Origin: Eubacteriales bacterium
Lineage (GTDB): Bacteria; Bacillota; Clostridia; Oscillospirales; CAG-272
DNA length: 64,000 nt
Reading direction: 5' to 3'
NCBI GenBank assembly: GCA_045540175.1
Contig: JAZQGU010000042.1
Location: 50,109 to 114,108, forward strand
Made by a program: the position numbers and the translations under genes. Below, in pieces: positions 1-10,106 of the stretch (position 1 is its first letter; each line of letters opens with the position of its first letter). The notes under the pieces were generated by a model. It made no database searches. It was not told the DNA's origin and saw nothing but the letters and a program-made list of their open reading frames with translations.

Positions 1-109
1 CCCTGTCTGCGCGGAAACGGCTGACAGTCGCTTTTTCGAGAATGTATCTGTTCTCGTTTCCGGGAAAATACTTATTAAATTTTGTCAGAAAAGCGACCTT
101 CGTCTCCAT
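1..109 (-). CDS. 5' end of a CDS that runs off the window (METKVAFLTKFNKYFPGNENRYILEKATVSRFRAD...). Possibly PolC, judged only from its position after ispG
   Basis: ATG at 109 on the minus strand, 12 nt after the ispG stop, open to the window edge. The identity is a synteny guess only. Confidence 0.35.
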   Translation of the reverse strand, partial: METKVAFLTKFNKYFPGNENRYILEKATVSRFRADR

Positions 110-121
110 TTGTCTTTCCTT

Positions 122-1201
122 TCAGTTTCCGAGCGTCATTATTTCATCAATAAGAGTCGGAATGACCTCGTCCTCTTTAATCTTTCTGATAATCTCACCG
201 TGACGGAAAAGGAGTGCTTCTCCGATTCCGCCCGCAATTCCGACGTCGGCCTCACGCGCCTCGCCGGGTCCGTTAACCGCACAGCCCATGACCGCGACCG
301 TAAGCGGCTTATTAACCTTTATGTCAGCGACCTTTTCTTCAAGCTCCTTTGCAAGAGAAATAAGATCAATTTTCGTTCTACCGCAAGTCGGGCAGGAAAC
401 TATGTTTATCGAGTTATTGTTTTGAAGACCGAGCGCGTGAAGGATTGCTTTGCCCGCTTTAACCTCGGTCACGGGATCGTCGGTAAGAGAAACGCGGAGC
501 GTATCGCCGATACCGCCTAAAAGAAGTCCGCCGATTCCTGCCGCGCTCTTAATTGAGCCGTATTTTTCGGTTCCCGCCTCTGTCACGCCGAGATGAAGCG
601 GATAATCGCACTCCGACGCGATAATGCGCATAGCTTCCTGCATGGTTCTTACATCAGACGACTTGACCGCGACGATTATATCGTTAAAATCGTACTTTTC
701 AAGAAGCGAAATATGAGTCCTTGCACTCTCGGCAAGTGCCTCGGGAGTGGGAGAACCGTATTTTCTCAAAAGCTCTTTTTCAAGAGAACCGCCGTTCACT
801 CCGATCCTTATCGGAACACCCGCACTTTTACAAGCGCTGACAACCTCTTTTACGCGGCTTTCATCGCCTATATTACCGGGATTTATTCTGATCTTATCGG
901 CGCCCGCCTTGGCACTTTCGATAGCGAGACGGTGGCTGAAATGAATATCGGCAACTATAGGCATCGTGATGTCGGAGCTTTTAAGACGGTAAAGCGTCTT
1001 TACCGCATCATCGTCGGGAACGGTCATTCTGATAATATCGCATCCCGCGTCCTGAAGACGCTTCATCTGAGAATAAAGCGCGTCATAATCGGAGCTTGAT
1101 ACGTTCGTCATCGACTGAACCGTTATTGGTGCATCTCCGCCTATATAAAGGTTTCCGACCTTAACTTTTTTGCTTTTTCTTCTGAATTCGTTGTAGTTCA
1201 T
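122..1201 (-). CDS. ispG: 4-hydroxy-3-methylbut-2-en-1-yl diphosphate synthase (IspG/GcpE)
   Basis: 359 aa. N-terminus VKVGNLYIGGDAPITVQSMTN and C-terminal CPTCGR...GCAVNGPGE Fe-S motifs are typical of IspG. Confidence 0.95.
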   Translation of the reverse strand: MNYNEFRRKSKKVKVGNLYIGGDAPITVQSMTNVSSSDYDALYSQMKRLQDAGCDIIRMTVPDDDAVKTLYRLKSSDITMPIVADIHFSHRLAIESAKAGADKIRINPGNIGDESRVKEVVSACKSAGVPIRIGVNGGSLEKELLRKYGSPTPEALAESARTHISLLEKYDFNDIIVAVKSSDVRTMQEAMRIIASECDYPLHLGVTEAGTEKYGSIKSAAGIGGLLLGGIGDTLRVSLTDDPVTEVKAGKAILHALGLQNNNSINIVSCPTCGRTKIDLISLAKELEEKVADIKVNKPLTVAVMGCAVNGPGEAREADVGIAGGIGEALLFRHGEIIRKIKEDEVIPTLIDEIMTLGN

Positions 1202-1222
1202 ATTATCTCCTACAAATACATT

Positions 1223-1291
1223 GTAGGGGCGAACTGTGTTCGCCCGACAGCTTGCATTGTTATTATGCGGGCGAACACAGTTCGCCCCTAC
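1223..1291. repeat. Perfect 24-nt inverted repeat (GTAGGGGCGAACTGTGTTCGCCCG / CGGGCGAACACAGTTCGCCCCTAC). Each arm is itself a hairpin. REP-like intergenic element
   Basis: Arms at 1223-1246 and 1268-1291, read directly. Lies between the rseP stop and the ispG start. Confidence 0.85.
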
Positions 1292-1311
1292 GAGACCAAA
1301 TTGATATAGTA

Positions 1312-2349
1312 TTACCCAAACAGCTTGATTACGTCCTTAAAGCTGACTATAAGCATCAAGAGAAGCAACAGCACCATTCCCGCAAAGTGGATATAACCCT
1401 CAACCTCGGGCTTAAGGGGCTTGCGTCTTATCGCCTCGATAATCAGGAAGAATATTCTTCCTCCGTCAAGTGCGGGAAGCGGCAGAAGGTTCATAACGCC
1501 GAGATTAAGAGCGATGACAGCTGTGAGATTTATAAGGCTAACTCCGCCGTCCTTCGCCTTAGCGGCATTTCCGATCTCGCTTGTGATTCCGACAGGTCCG
1601 GACATCTGGTCAAGACCGTACTTACCCGAAATGAGATCGATAACCGACTCCCATATCATCTCTACAGTCGTAAACGAACGGTTAAATGTATGCTTGAAGA
1701 AGGTTCCAATTCCAAACCTTTCTCTTTCGACGTAGAAGGTGAGGGCCTGATATTCTTTACCGTCATCGTCTTTTAAAGTCTCGTAAAAAGCAACTCCTTT
1801 AAGAGTAACCTTTTTTCCGTTACGTTCAACTACGACGGTATTCGACTTCTTTCCGTCGCGGAACATCGTATAGCTTAGGTCGTATGCGGTGTGAACCTTT
1901 TCGCCGTTGATCGATACGATCTTGTCTCCGACCTCAAGTCCGCCCTCGACATTCTCATAGTTTTCGGAAAGCTTTGATACCGTAGTATTTCCGAGCGAAT
2001 TTGACATCATTCCGACGAGTATTCCGACAAGAATAAAACCGCAGATCAGGTTCATCACAGATCCTGCGACCATTATAAAAAATCTCTGCCATACAGGCTT
2101 TTTGTTAAGGGAATTTTCCGATTCGTTTTCCTCGTCCTCGCCGTCCATACTGACGAAGCCGCCGATCGGTATTGCGCGCAATGAATATGCAATTCCCGTT
2201 TTTTTCGATGTTTTGGATATAAGCTTCGGGCCCATTCCGATAGCAAATTCTTTGATTCCGACCTTAAAGGTGCGTGCCATAATATAATGGCCGAATTCAT
2301 GTATCAAAATAAGGAATCCGAAAATAAGGATAGCTATTACTATGCTCAA
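1312..2349 (-). CDS. rseP: RIP (site-2) zinc metalloprotease RseP/YluC family
   Basis: HEFGHY zinc motif at residues 17-22, central PDZ-like segment, C-terminal LLPLPALDGG motif. TTG start 7 nt after GGAGG. Confidence 0.9.
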   Translation of the reverse strand: MSIVIAILIFGFLILIHEFGHYIMARTFKVGIKEFAIGMGPKLISKTSKKTGIAYSLRAIPIGGFVSMDGEDEENESENSLNKKPVWQRFFIMVAGSVMNLICGFILVGILVGMMSNSLGNTTVSKLSENYENVEGGLEVGDKIVSINGEKVHTAYDLSYTMFRDGKKSNTVVVERNGKKVTLKGVAFYETLKDDDGKEYQALTFYVERERFGIGTFFKHTFNRSFTTVEMIWESVIDLISGKYGLDQMSGPVGITSEIGNAAKAKDGGVSLINLTAVIALNLGVMNLLPLPALDGGRIFFLIIEAIRRKPLKPEVEGYIHFAGMVLLLLLMLIVSFKDVIKLFG

Positions 2350-2351
2350 GA

Positions 2352-3491
2352 TTATGCCTCCGCAATTTCTTTAATTCTGATTCTTGCCCACCTGTCAGCT
2401 TCTTCAATATCGGAAAGCGTAGGTAAAGCAATATTCTCCGCCTCCTCCGTCACGCGGATGACCGCATCGGAAAGTCCGAGATAGGAGAGTTTGCCGCGCA
2501 AGAACAGTTCAACTGCCATTTCGTCTGCGCCGTTCATAACGGCAGGAACGATTCCTCCGCGCTTAAATGCCTGTCTTGCCAAAGGAAGAAGCGGGAAGTT
2601 AATATCGTCAGGCTCGCCGAAGGTGAGCGAACGCAAGGTCTTAAAGTCAAGCTCCTTAACCGGGCTGTCAAAGCGCTCGGGATAGGTCAGCGCGTACTGA
2701 ACGCAAAGACGCATATCGGGTACGCCCATTTCGGCAATTATCGCATTGTCAATATATTCGACCATCGAATGTATTATACTTTCACGGTGAACGGTAACCT
2801 CAACGTCGTCAATATCAACGCCGAAAAGATGAGCAGCTTCGATAACCTCGAAGCCCTTATTCATCATAGTCGAGGAATCGATCGTAATTCGGTTGCCCAT
2901 ATCCCAGGTCGGATGTGCAAGCGCATCGGCAGGGGTTATCTTTTCGAGCTCTTCCCTGCTTTTTCCGTAAAACGGTCCGCCCGACGCCGTAAGAATGAGC
3001 TTCTTTATCTTCTGTGCCGTAAGACACTGGAAAATTGCCGAATGCTCGCTGTCGACGGGGAGAATGTCGACACCGCGCTTTTTCGCCTCCGACATAACGA
3101 ACGTGCCGTAGGTAACAAGCGACTCCTTATTCGCAAGCGCGAGCTTCTTGCCGCCAATAACCGTTGCGACCGTAGGACGAAGTCCTGCAATTCCCGAAAG
3201 AGAATTAAGAACTGTATCACATTCTGCTATCTCGCAAAGCGTTTCAGATGCTTTTTCGCCCGAGATAATCTTAGTATCGGTATCACGTACAGCAATTTTC
3301 AGCTCGTTTGCCGATTTCTCGTCTGCGACCGCACAGAATAATGGTCTGTATTTTCTAATCTGTTCTTCAAGAGCAGAAATATTCCTTCTGCCCGAAATTC
3401 CGACTACACGGATTCCGAGGTGGTCGCAAACGTCAAGCGCCTGCTTACCGACGGATCCTGTCGAGCCGAGGATAACGAGGTCTTTTGTCAT
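2352..3491 (-). CDS. dxr: 1-deoxy-D-xylulose 5-phosphate reductoisomerase
   Basis: LGSTGSVG NADPH motif and the LANKESLV, DSEHSAIFQC and HPTWDMG motifs. ATG at 3491 preceded by GAGGA (the ORF track begins 12 nt upstream at a TTG). Confidence 0.95.
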   Translation of the reverse strand: MTKDLVILGSTGSVGKQALDVCDHLGIRVVGISGRRNISALEEQIRKYRPLFCAVADEKSANELKIAVRDTDTKIISGEKASETLCEIAECDTVLNSLSGIAGLRPTVATVIGGKKLALANKESLVTYGTFVMSEAKKRGVDILPVDSEHSAIFQCLTAQKIKKLILTASGGPFYGKSREELEKITPADALAHPTWDMGNRITIDSSTMMNKGFEVIEAAHLFGVDIDDVEVTVHRESIIHSMVEYIDNAIIAEMGVPDMRLCVQYALTYPERFDSPVKELDFKTLRSLTFGEPDDINFPLLPLARQAFKRGGIVPAVMNGADEMAVELFLRGKLSYLGLSDAVIRVTEEAENIALPTLSDIEEADRWARIRIKEIAEA

Positions 3492-3499
3492 AATGTTCC

Positions 3500-4330
3500 T
3501 CAATTAAAAAGTGTGAAGGACGAAACGAAGTTCGTCAAAAAGTAAATGCAGGCAGAGGTCACTATAATGCTGTCAAAGCGGTCAAGAACTCCGCCGTGAC
3601 CGGGGAAAAGCTTACCGTAGTCCTTTATCTCATACTTGCGCTTGATTAGCGACATAATAAGGTCGCCGCACTGCGAAAGAATGCTGACGAGGAGCGAAAC
3701 GATAATAAGCGCAAGATAGTTCGGAGCAGCACCGCTGATCTTTCCGACTACGAAGCCGTAAAGAACGGTAAATCCGACCGCGAAAAGCGTTCCGCCGACA
3801 GCGCCCTCAATAGTCTTCTTCGGGCTGACAGCCGGGATAAGCTTGTGCTTACCGAGAAGCATACCCGTAAAGTAAGCGAAGGTATCTGTCATCCAGGAAA
3901 TGATAAAAGGTAAAAAGTAAATATATTGTCCGAACGGCATATCGCGCAGGAGCACCATCGAAGTAAATCCGAATGCAATATAAACCGTAGTCGCGCCCGA
4001 CAGCGCCGCGCGATCAACAGTAAATTTCTCGCCCGAGAATACCGAAACTATAAGCATATAGGTTATGACCGCAAAGGAAATGAGGAAAAGGTATCCGTAA
4101 ATATTGCTTCCGCTGTAATATCTTGCAAGGAACGGAAGCCCTGCGCCGACAATAATAGCCGCAAGCGACGAAAACCAATGCTTCTTGCTTCCGATACAGC
4201 TCTGCATTTCATAGGCTCCGAGGCCTCCGAAAAACGCCATAAGGATCGGAAAAGCCACGGTATCCGACCACACAAAGAACGGCACCATAAGCGCAACCAT
4301 AACTATTGCCGTAATAACTCTTGTTTTCAT
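3500..4330 (-). CDS. cdsA: Phosphatidate cytidylyltransferase
   Basis: Polytopic membrane protein with the C-terminal SLIKRKYEIKDYGKLFPGHGGVLDRFDS signature. Confidence 0.9.
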   Translation of the reverse strand: MKTRVITAIVMVALMVPFFVWSDTVAFPILMAFFGGLGAYEMQSCIGSKKHWFSSLAAIIVGAGLPFLARYYSGSNIYGYLFLISFAVITYMLIVSVFSGEKFTVDRAALSGATTVYIAFGFTSMVLLRDMPFGQYIYFLPFIISWMTDTFAYFTGMLLGKHKLIPAVSPKKTIEGAVGGTLFAVGFTVLYGFVVGKISGAAPNYLALIIVSLLVSILSQCGDLIMSLIKRKYEIKDYGKLFPGHGGVLDRFDSIIVTSACIYFLTNFVSSFTLFN

Positions 4331-4341
4331 ACTGATCTCCG

Positions 4342-5064
4342 TTATACACCGCCATAGCGGCGCTTTCTTTTGTAAAATTCAAAGACGCATTCGTCAACGC
4401 TTTTTTCGTCGAAATCGGGCCAAAGCGTCGAGGTGAAATACAATTCCGAATAAGCCGAGTCCCAAAGGAGGAAGTTGCTTAAACGCGTCTCAGCGCCCGT
4501 TCTTACTATAAGGTCGGGAGCGGGACTGTCTTTGGTATAAAGATGCGAGGTTATATCGTCCTCGGTGATCTCGGTCTTACCCTCTTTTATCAGCGCGTTG
4601 ACTGCGTGAACGATATCGTCGCGTCCTCCGTAGTTTACTGCGATATTAAGTATCTTTTCACGGTCGAAGGAGTCTTGCTCCAGCTTTACCATTCGCTCTG
4701 ATATCTCGGGCGGGAAAACGCTCTTGTCGCCGAGAAAATGAACCTGAATGTTCCGTTCTCTCCAGCTCTGCTCGGCGTCGCTGAGATAATCGGTGAAAAG
4801 CGAAAGGATCGTGTCGACCTCTTCCTTTGGACGCTTCCAATTTTCGGTGGAAAACGCGTAAACGGTTACTGCCTTGATACCCGAATCTCCGCAATACTCG
4901 ATTATCTTCTTAAAGACCTTTGCGCCGACAGAATGGCCGTATGTACGCGGCATACCGCGTTTTTTTGCCCATCTTCCGTTGCCGTCCATAATAAAAGCAA
5001 TATGCTGTAAACGGCCGTCTTTATTCGTTTCAACAGCCTTCGGAAGCTTCTTTTTTCCAAACAT
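4342..5064 (-). CDS. uppS: Undecaprenyl (isoprenyl) diphosphate synthase
   Basis: HIAFIMDGNGRWAKKRG and FSTENWKRP motifs. C-terminal RLSNFLLWDSAYSELYF. Confidence 0.95.
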   Translation of the reverse strand: MFGKKKLPKAVETNKDGRLQHIAFIMDGNGRWAKKRGMPRTYGHSVGAKVFKKIIEYCGDSGIKAVTVYAFSTENWKRPKEEVDTILSLFTDYLSDAEQSWRERNIQVHFLGDKSVFPPEISERMVKLEQDSFDREKILNIAVNYGGRDDIVHAVNALIKEGKTEITEDDITSHLYTKDSPAPDLIVRTGAETRLSNFLLWDSAYSELYFTSTLWPDFDEKSVDECVFEFYKRKRRYGGV

Positions 5065-5132
5065 AATTAGTCCTATTTCTGCACAATAAGGCTGACGCTT
5101 ATGCGCCAGCCTATCAGTACTTGATGTTATAA

Positions 5133-5687
5133 TCAGATTGCCATTATCTCGGAAGACTTCTTCGCGGTAACGTTGTCGACTTCCTTGATATACTTATCGG
5201 TAAGGTCCTGAACGTTCTTTTCGGAAGCCTTCTGCTCGTCCTCGGTCATCTCGGACTTCTTCTTCATATCCTTGCACTTGTCTATAGCATCGCGGCGAAT
5301 GTTACGGATAGCGACCTTTGCATCCTCGCCCATCTTTGCTACCTGCTTGGTAAGCTCCTTACGGCGATCCTCGGTAAGAGCCGGGAAGGAAAGGCGGATG
5401 ACCTTACCGTCGTTCTGCGGATTGATTCCGAGATCAGATGTGAGAATTGCCTTTTCGATTGCCTTAAGCGTAGTTGCATCCCAGGGCTGAATAGCAAGGG
5501 TGCGTGCATCGGGAGTGGTGATCTGCGCGACCGCGCTGATCTGTGTGGGAGAACCGTAGTATTCAACGGTGATCTTGTTGAGCACGTTAGCGTTAGCTCT
5601 GCCAACACGGACAGATTCAAGCTCGGTCTGGTAAGACGCGATGCTCTTCTTCATTTTTTCTTCATAAGCTTTGGTATCAAGTTTCAT
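5133..5687 (-). CDS. frr: Ribosome recycling factor
   Basis: 184 aa with typical Frr sequence (VRVGRANANVL, LTEDRRKELTKQ). Confidence 0.95.
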   Translation of the reverse strand: MKLDTKAYEEKMKKSIASYQTELESVRVGRANANVLNKITVEYYGSPTQISAVAQITTPDARTLAIQPWDATTLKAIEKAILTSDLGINPQNDGKVIRLSFPALTEDRRKELTKQVAKMGEDAKVAIRNIRRDAIDKCKDMKKKSEMTEDEQKASEKNVQDLTDKYIKEVDNVTAKKSSEIMAI

Positions 5688-5712
5688 ATCTAATAACCTT
5701 TCTCTGTTTAAA

Positions 5713-6426
5713 TTACTTTACTATCGTACCGATCTTTTCGCCCTTGATCGCGCGGATGATATTCTGAGGATCGTCGAGACCGAAAATGTGAAGCGGGATC
5801 TTGTTTTCCTTACCGAAGGAAGCAGCAGTTGCGTCGATGACCTTCATATCGTGGCTGAGGATATCCATGTAGCTGATCTCGTCAAGCTTGACGGCAGTCG
5901 GATCAAGACGGGGGTCTGCCGTATATACGCCGTCGATATTTTTCGCCATCATAACGACGTCCGCGTTTATCTCCGCCGCGCGGAGCATAGCGGTCGTATC
6001 GGTTGAGAAGAAGGGACATCCGGTACCGCATCCGAAGATGACGATCTTACCCTTTTCAAGGTGATGTACCGCCTTATTTCTGATATAAGGCTCAGCAACC
6101 TCATGCATTGCGATAGCCGTCATAACACGGCAGTCAACTCCAAGCTGAACGAATGCGTCCTGGATTGCAAGAGCGTTAATAACGGTTGCGATCATACCCA
6201 TATGGTCAGCACGCGTTCTGTCCATATCGCCGCCCTGACGTCCACGCCAGATATTACCTGCACCGACGACGAGCGCGACCTCAACGCCAAGCTCGTTACA
6301 TTCCTTGATAGCAAGGCAAATTTCTCTTACGAAATTATAATTGAGAATACCGTCCTTCTGACCTGCGGCAAGCGCCTCGCCCGAAAGCTTAATAAGTACT
6401 CTCTTATACCGTGTCTTTGTCTCCAT
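5713..6426 (-). CDS. pyrH: UMP kinase
   Basis: RVLIKLSGEAL N-terminus, VVGAGNIWRG, FGCGTGCPFFSTDTTA. Confidence 0.95.
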   Translation of the reverse strand: METKTRYKRVLIKLSGEALAAGQKDGILNYNFVREICLAIKECNELGVEVALVVGAGNIWRGRQGGDMDRTRADHMGMIATVINALAIQDAFVQLGVDCRVMTAIAMHEVAEPYIRNKAVHHLEKGKIVIFGCGTGCPFFSTDTTAMLRAAEINADVVMMAKNIDGVYTADPRLDPTAVKLDEISYMDILSHDMKVIDATAASFGKENKIPLHIFGLDDPQNIIRAIKGEKIGTIVK

Positions 6427-6512
6427 AAAACCTCCTCGCCCGAAGGCATAAATTTGTCAGCATTTTATGCCCTTCGCCCCATCACACGAGATACGCATAA
6501 AATCACATAGTA

Positions 6513-6541
6513 ATTTTACCACCTTTTGACTGATTTGTAAA
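6513..6541 (-). promoter_or_regulatory. Candidate sigmaA promoter for pyrH operon (TTTACA-17-TAAAAT with TG extension)
   Basis: Minus-strand hexamers at 6541-6536 and 6518-6513, with a 17-nt spacer. Confidence 0.5.
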
Positions 6542-6600
6542 CAGTAATTTTGCAATTTCGGCAAATTTTCCGTTACTTTTTTTAATTTGTAAACTAATTC

Positions 6601-6629
6601 TTGACAAATGAAGAAAATAAGGTTATAAT
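6601..6629 (+). promoter_or_regulatory. Candidate sigmaA promoter for valS leader (TTGACA-17-TATAAT)
   Basis: Consensus hexamers at 6601-6606 and 6624-6629. Confidence 0.65.
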
Positions 6630-6636
6630 AACCCTA

Positions 6637-6870
6637 TAAATGCGATAATGGTGAAGAGTATCCGTTAAATAGCTTACAGAGAGCCGCAGGCAGCTGAAAA
6701 TGCGGCAGCGAAAGGACGGAGAAGGTCGCACCGTAGCAGCGGAAAGAAAGCTTAGGCAAGTAGACTCCGCCGTGAATCTGCGTAAATGATAAAAGAGTGC
6801 GTGCTATGGCACGAATTCAGGTGGTACCGCGCTTACGGCGTCCTGTTTTTTACGGGGCGTTTTATTTTTT
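6637..6870 (+). promoter_or_regulatory. T-box riboswitch leader (tRNA-Val specific) with intrinsic terminator/antiterminator
   Basis: AGAGAG box. Conserved T-box sequence AATTCAGGTGGTACCGCG at 6814-6831. Terminator stem GCGTCCTGT/ACGGGGCGT at 6838-6860, followed by TTTATTTTTT. Candidate specifier GTC at 6725-6727. Confidence 0.85.
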
Positions 6871-6907
6871 GCTCCGATTAAAACGAAAACTATTAAGGAG
6901 AAATGTT

Positions 6908-9553
6908 ATGACAAACGAACTTCCGAAGAATTATAACCCTGCGGAATTTGAAGACCGTCTTTACAAGTTTTGGGAAGAAAACGGCTACTTCCGCCCCTCG
7001 GGTGATAAGAGCGCACCGACGTTCTCGATGGTTATTCCACCTCCGAACGTAACGGGCCAGCTTCACATGGGTCACGCGCTTGACGAGACTCTTCAGGACA
7101 TTCTCGTCCGCTACAAGAGAATGCAGGGCTTCGATACCCTTTGGGTACCCGGAACCGACCACGCGGGAATCGCAACTCAGATAAAGGTCGAGGAGCGCCT
7201 CCGCGTTGACGAAAATCTTACCAGATACGACCTCGGACGCGAAAAGTTCCTCGAGCGCGTTTGGGGCTGGAAGGATATGTACGAAAACCGTATCACCAGT
7301 CAGCTCCGCAAGCTCGGCGCATCCTGCGACTGGTCGCATCAGCGCTTCACTATGGACGAGGGCTGCTCGAAGAGCGTCCGCGAGGTATTCGTAAACCTCT
7401 ATGAAAAGGGACTTATATACCGCGGCTACCGTATTATAAACTGGTGTCCCCGCTGCCTCACCGCCCTCTCCGACGCAGAGGTCGAATATAAAGATCAGCC
7501 CGGATTCTTCTGGCACATCAAGTACCCGATAATCGGTGAAGACGGATACGTTGAGGTTGCTACAACCCGTCCCGAGACGATGTTCGGTGATACTGCTATC
7601 GCAGTTAACCCCGATGACGAGAACACCAAGCATCTTATCGGTAAAAAGGTACTTCTTCCTATCGTAAACCGCGAGATACCCGTTATCGCAGACGATTACG
7701 TTGAGATCGGCTTTGGTACGGGATGCGTTAAGATAACACCTGCACACGACCCGAACGACTTCCTTGTCGGTCAGCGTCATAACCTTGAGCAGATCAAGGT
7801 CATGAACGACGACGCAACTATGAATGCGTACGCAGGAAAATACGAGGGAATGGACCGTTACGCTTGCCGTAAAGCACTTGTAGCTGATCTTGAAGCAGAG
7901 GGCTACCTCGTCAAGACCGAGCCGCACGACCACAACGTCGGCGTTTGCTACCGTTGCGGAACTACCGTTGAGCCGATGACGAGCGATCAGTGGTTCGTTA
8001 AGATGAAGCCCCTCGCTGAACCCGCAATCAAGGCAGTTGAGGACGGAAGCATCAATTTTGTTCCCGAGCGCTTCTCCAAAAACTACTTCAACTGGATGAA
8101 CAACATCCTTGACTGGTGTATCTCCCGTCAGCTCTGGTGGGGACACCGCATTCCCGCGTTCTACTGCGACGAGTGCGGCGAAATGACCGTATCGAAGACC
8201 GATATCGACACCTGTCCGAAATGCGGAGCAAAGGTCCGCCAGGACGAGGACGTTCTCGACACCTGGTTTTCAAGCGCTCTTTGGCCCTTCTCTACCCTCG
8301 GTTGGCCAGAAACAACTGAGGATCTCAAGAGATACTATCCGACCGATGTTCTCGTTACGGGCTACGACATCATCACGTTCTGGGTATCGAGAATGATATT
8401 CTCGGGTCTTGAGCATATGGGAGAAAAGCCCTTCTCTACCGTATTCATTCACGGTCTCGTCCGCGACGCGCAGGGCAGAAAGATGTCGAAGTCTCTCGGA
8501 AACGGTATAGATCCCCTTGAAATAATCGAAAAATACGGCGCAGACGCGCTCCGTTTCGCGCTTGCAACCGGTAACTCCCCCGGAAACGATATGCGTTTCT
8601 CCGATGAGAAGATCGAGAGTGCAAGAAACTTTGCAAACAAGCTCTGGAACGCTTCGCGTTTCGTTCGTATGAACCTCACGATCGACAAGATCGAGCTTCC
8701 GAGTATTGACAAGCTTTCTCTTGAAGACAAGTGGATACTCAACGAGTATAACAACCTCGTAAACAACGTAGTTTACAACCTTGATAAGTTCGAGATAGGC
8801 GTTGCTCTCGGCGCGATCTACTCCTTTACTTGGGACATCTATTGCGACTGGTACATCGAAATTGCAAAGTCGCGTCTTAACGAAAAGGATACAGAGGCAA
8901 ACCTCACCTGCCAGAACGTGATCGCATACGTTCTCTACGGAACTCTCAAGCTTCTCCATCCCTTCATGCCCTTCATCACAGAGGAGATCTACGCATCGCT
9001 TCCTCACGAATGCGACAGCATTATGATCTCGGCATATCCGAAGTATGACGAGTCGCTTTCTTTCCCGACCGACGCCGAGAAAATGAATAAGATCATCGAC
9101 GCGATCAAGGCAATAAGAGCACGCCGCAGCGAAATGAACGTTCCGCCCTCCAAGAAGGCGACAGTTTATATCGCAACTAAATATACAGACATCTTCGGAG
9201 CAAACAGCGAGCCGTTCTTTATGCGTCTTGCATCGGCTTCCTCCGTCGTTGTGGCAGAGTCGTTCAACGAAAATGACATAAGCGCGGATAACGCAGTTCA
9301 AATCGTAACCGACTCGGCATCCATCTTCCTTCCCCTTTCCGATATTATTGACTTTGAAAAGGAAAGAGCGCGCCTTGAGGGTGAGAAGACCAAGGTCGAG
9401 GGCGAGATCGAAAGAATCGTAAAGAAGCTGTCGAACGAGGGCTTCGTATCGAAGGCGCCTACTGCAGTCGTTGAAGGCGAAAAGGCAAAGATGGCAAAAT
9501 ACCGCGAAACTCTTGACGGTATAATCTCGGCTCTTAACGCTCTTCCGAGGTAA
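6908..9553 (+). CDS. valS: Valine--tRNA ligase
   Basis: [13 protein letters not shown] (HIGH) and KMSKS motifs, plus a C-terminal coiled coil. ATG at 6908 after AAGGAG. ORF-track residues 1-37 are translated T-box leader. Confidence 0.95.
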   Translation: MTNELPKNYNPAEFEDRLYKFWEENGYFRPSGDKSAPTFSMVIPPPNVTGQLHMGHALDETLQDILVRYKRMQGFDTLWVPGTDHAGIATQIKVEERLRVDENLTRYDLGREKFLERVWGWKDMYENRITSQLRKLGASCDWSHQRFTMDEGCSKSVREVFVNLYEKGLIYRGYRIINWCPRCLTALSDAEVEYKDQPGFFWHIKYPIIGEDGYVEVATTRPETMFGDTAIAVNPDDENTKHLIGKKVLLPIVNREIPVIADDYVEIGFGTGCVKITPAHDPNDFLVGQRHNLEQIKVMNDDATMNAYAGKYEGMDRYACRKALVADLEAEGYLVKTEPHDHNVGVCYRCGTTVEPMTSDQWFVKMKPLAEPAIKAVEDGSINFVPERFSKNYFNWMNNILDWCISRQLWWGHRIPAFYCDECGEMTVSKTDIDTCPKCGAKVRQDEDVLDTWFSSALWPFSTLGWPETTEDLKRYYPTDVLVTGYDIITFWVSRMIFSGLEHMGEKPFSTVFIHGLVRDAQGRKMSKSLGNGIDPLEIIEKYGADALRFALATGNSPGNDMRFSDEKIESARNFANKLWNASRFVRMNLTIDKIELPSIDKLSLEDKWILNEYNNLVNNVVYNLDKFEIGVALGAIYSFTWDIYCDWYIEIAKSRLNEKDTEANLTCQNVIAYVLYGTLKLLHPFMPFITEEIYASLPHECDSIMISAYPKYDESLSFPTDAEKMNKIIDAIKAIRARRSEMNVPPSKKATVYIATKYTDIFGANSEPFFMRLASASSVVVAESFNENDISADNAVQIVTDSASIFLPLSDIIDFEKERARLEGEKTKVEGEIERIVKKLSNEGFVSKAPTAVVEGEKAKMAKYRETLDGIISALNALPR

Positions 9554-9556
9554 GAT

Positions 9557-10105
9557 ATGAAGCGCTTTGAGATAAACAACTTTTTGTGGTCCGATAACGG
9601 CTACGAGCCGAAGGCATGGGCAGAGCTTCAGCTGACCGACGATAGGCTTTATATCAAGCTTACCGCCTGCGAAAAGGACCCCTGCGCGCGCTTTGCGTAC
9701 GGCCCCGACGCTCACGTTTATTGGGACAGCTGTCTTGAATGCTTCCTTTCGTTCAACGGAAGCGAGTATTATATCAACCTTGAGGTAAATTCGATAGGTG
9801 GATACTATTCCGCCTATCGCACGGGTATGGACAACTGCCGAATCGTCGATATTTTCGCCGATGGCGGCAAGCCCAAGCCGACTGTGCTCGACGAAAAGTG
9901 GTACGTCGAGATAACACTTGATATGGCAAAGGTAAAGGAACTCTTCGGAATCGAAAAGATCGAAAGCATACGCGGCAATTTCTATAAGTGCGGAGACGAA
10001 ACTCCGCTTCCCCATTTCGGTATGTGGAGCGTTATCAAGTCAGACGAGCCCGCATTCCATAAGCCCGAATTTTTCGGAGATATTGATATCGCGGAGATAA
10101 GCTGA
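9557..10105 (+). CDS. Small cytoplasmic protein, CBM9/DOMON-like fold suspected
   Basis: 182 aa with no signal peptide. The pattern GNFYKCGD...HF..W....P.FH.PE.FG resembles carbohydrate-binding family 9-like proteins. Starts 3 nt after the valS stop. Confidence 0.45.
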   Translation: MKRFEINNFLWSDNGYEPKAWAELQLTDDRLYIKLTACEKDPCARFAYGPDAHVYWDSCLECFLSFNGSEYYINLEVNSIGGYYSAYRTGMDNCRIVDIFADGGKPKPTVLDEKWYVEITLDMAKVKELFGIEKIESIRGNFYKCGDETPLPHFGMWSVIKSDEPAFHKPEFFGDIDIAEIS

Positions 10106-10106
10106 T

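Noticed and set aside
1252-1776. 174-aa plus-strand ORF starting in the palindromic element (MHCYYAGEHSSPLR...)
   Set aside because: It begins inside the inverted repeat and then runs antisense to rseP. It has no RBS or motifs.
6797-6907. ORF-track N-terminal extension of valS ([15 protein letters not shown]...)
   Set aside because: This stretch is the T-box sequence and terminator translated in frame. The true start is the ATG at 6908, preceded by AAGGAG.
6893-10015. Two very long antisense ORFs (417 and 581 aa) opposite valS and the downstream gene
   Set aside because: They are shadow ORFs of a strongly supported synthetase gene. They have no RBS, no recognisable motifs and a composition typical of antisense frames.
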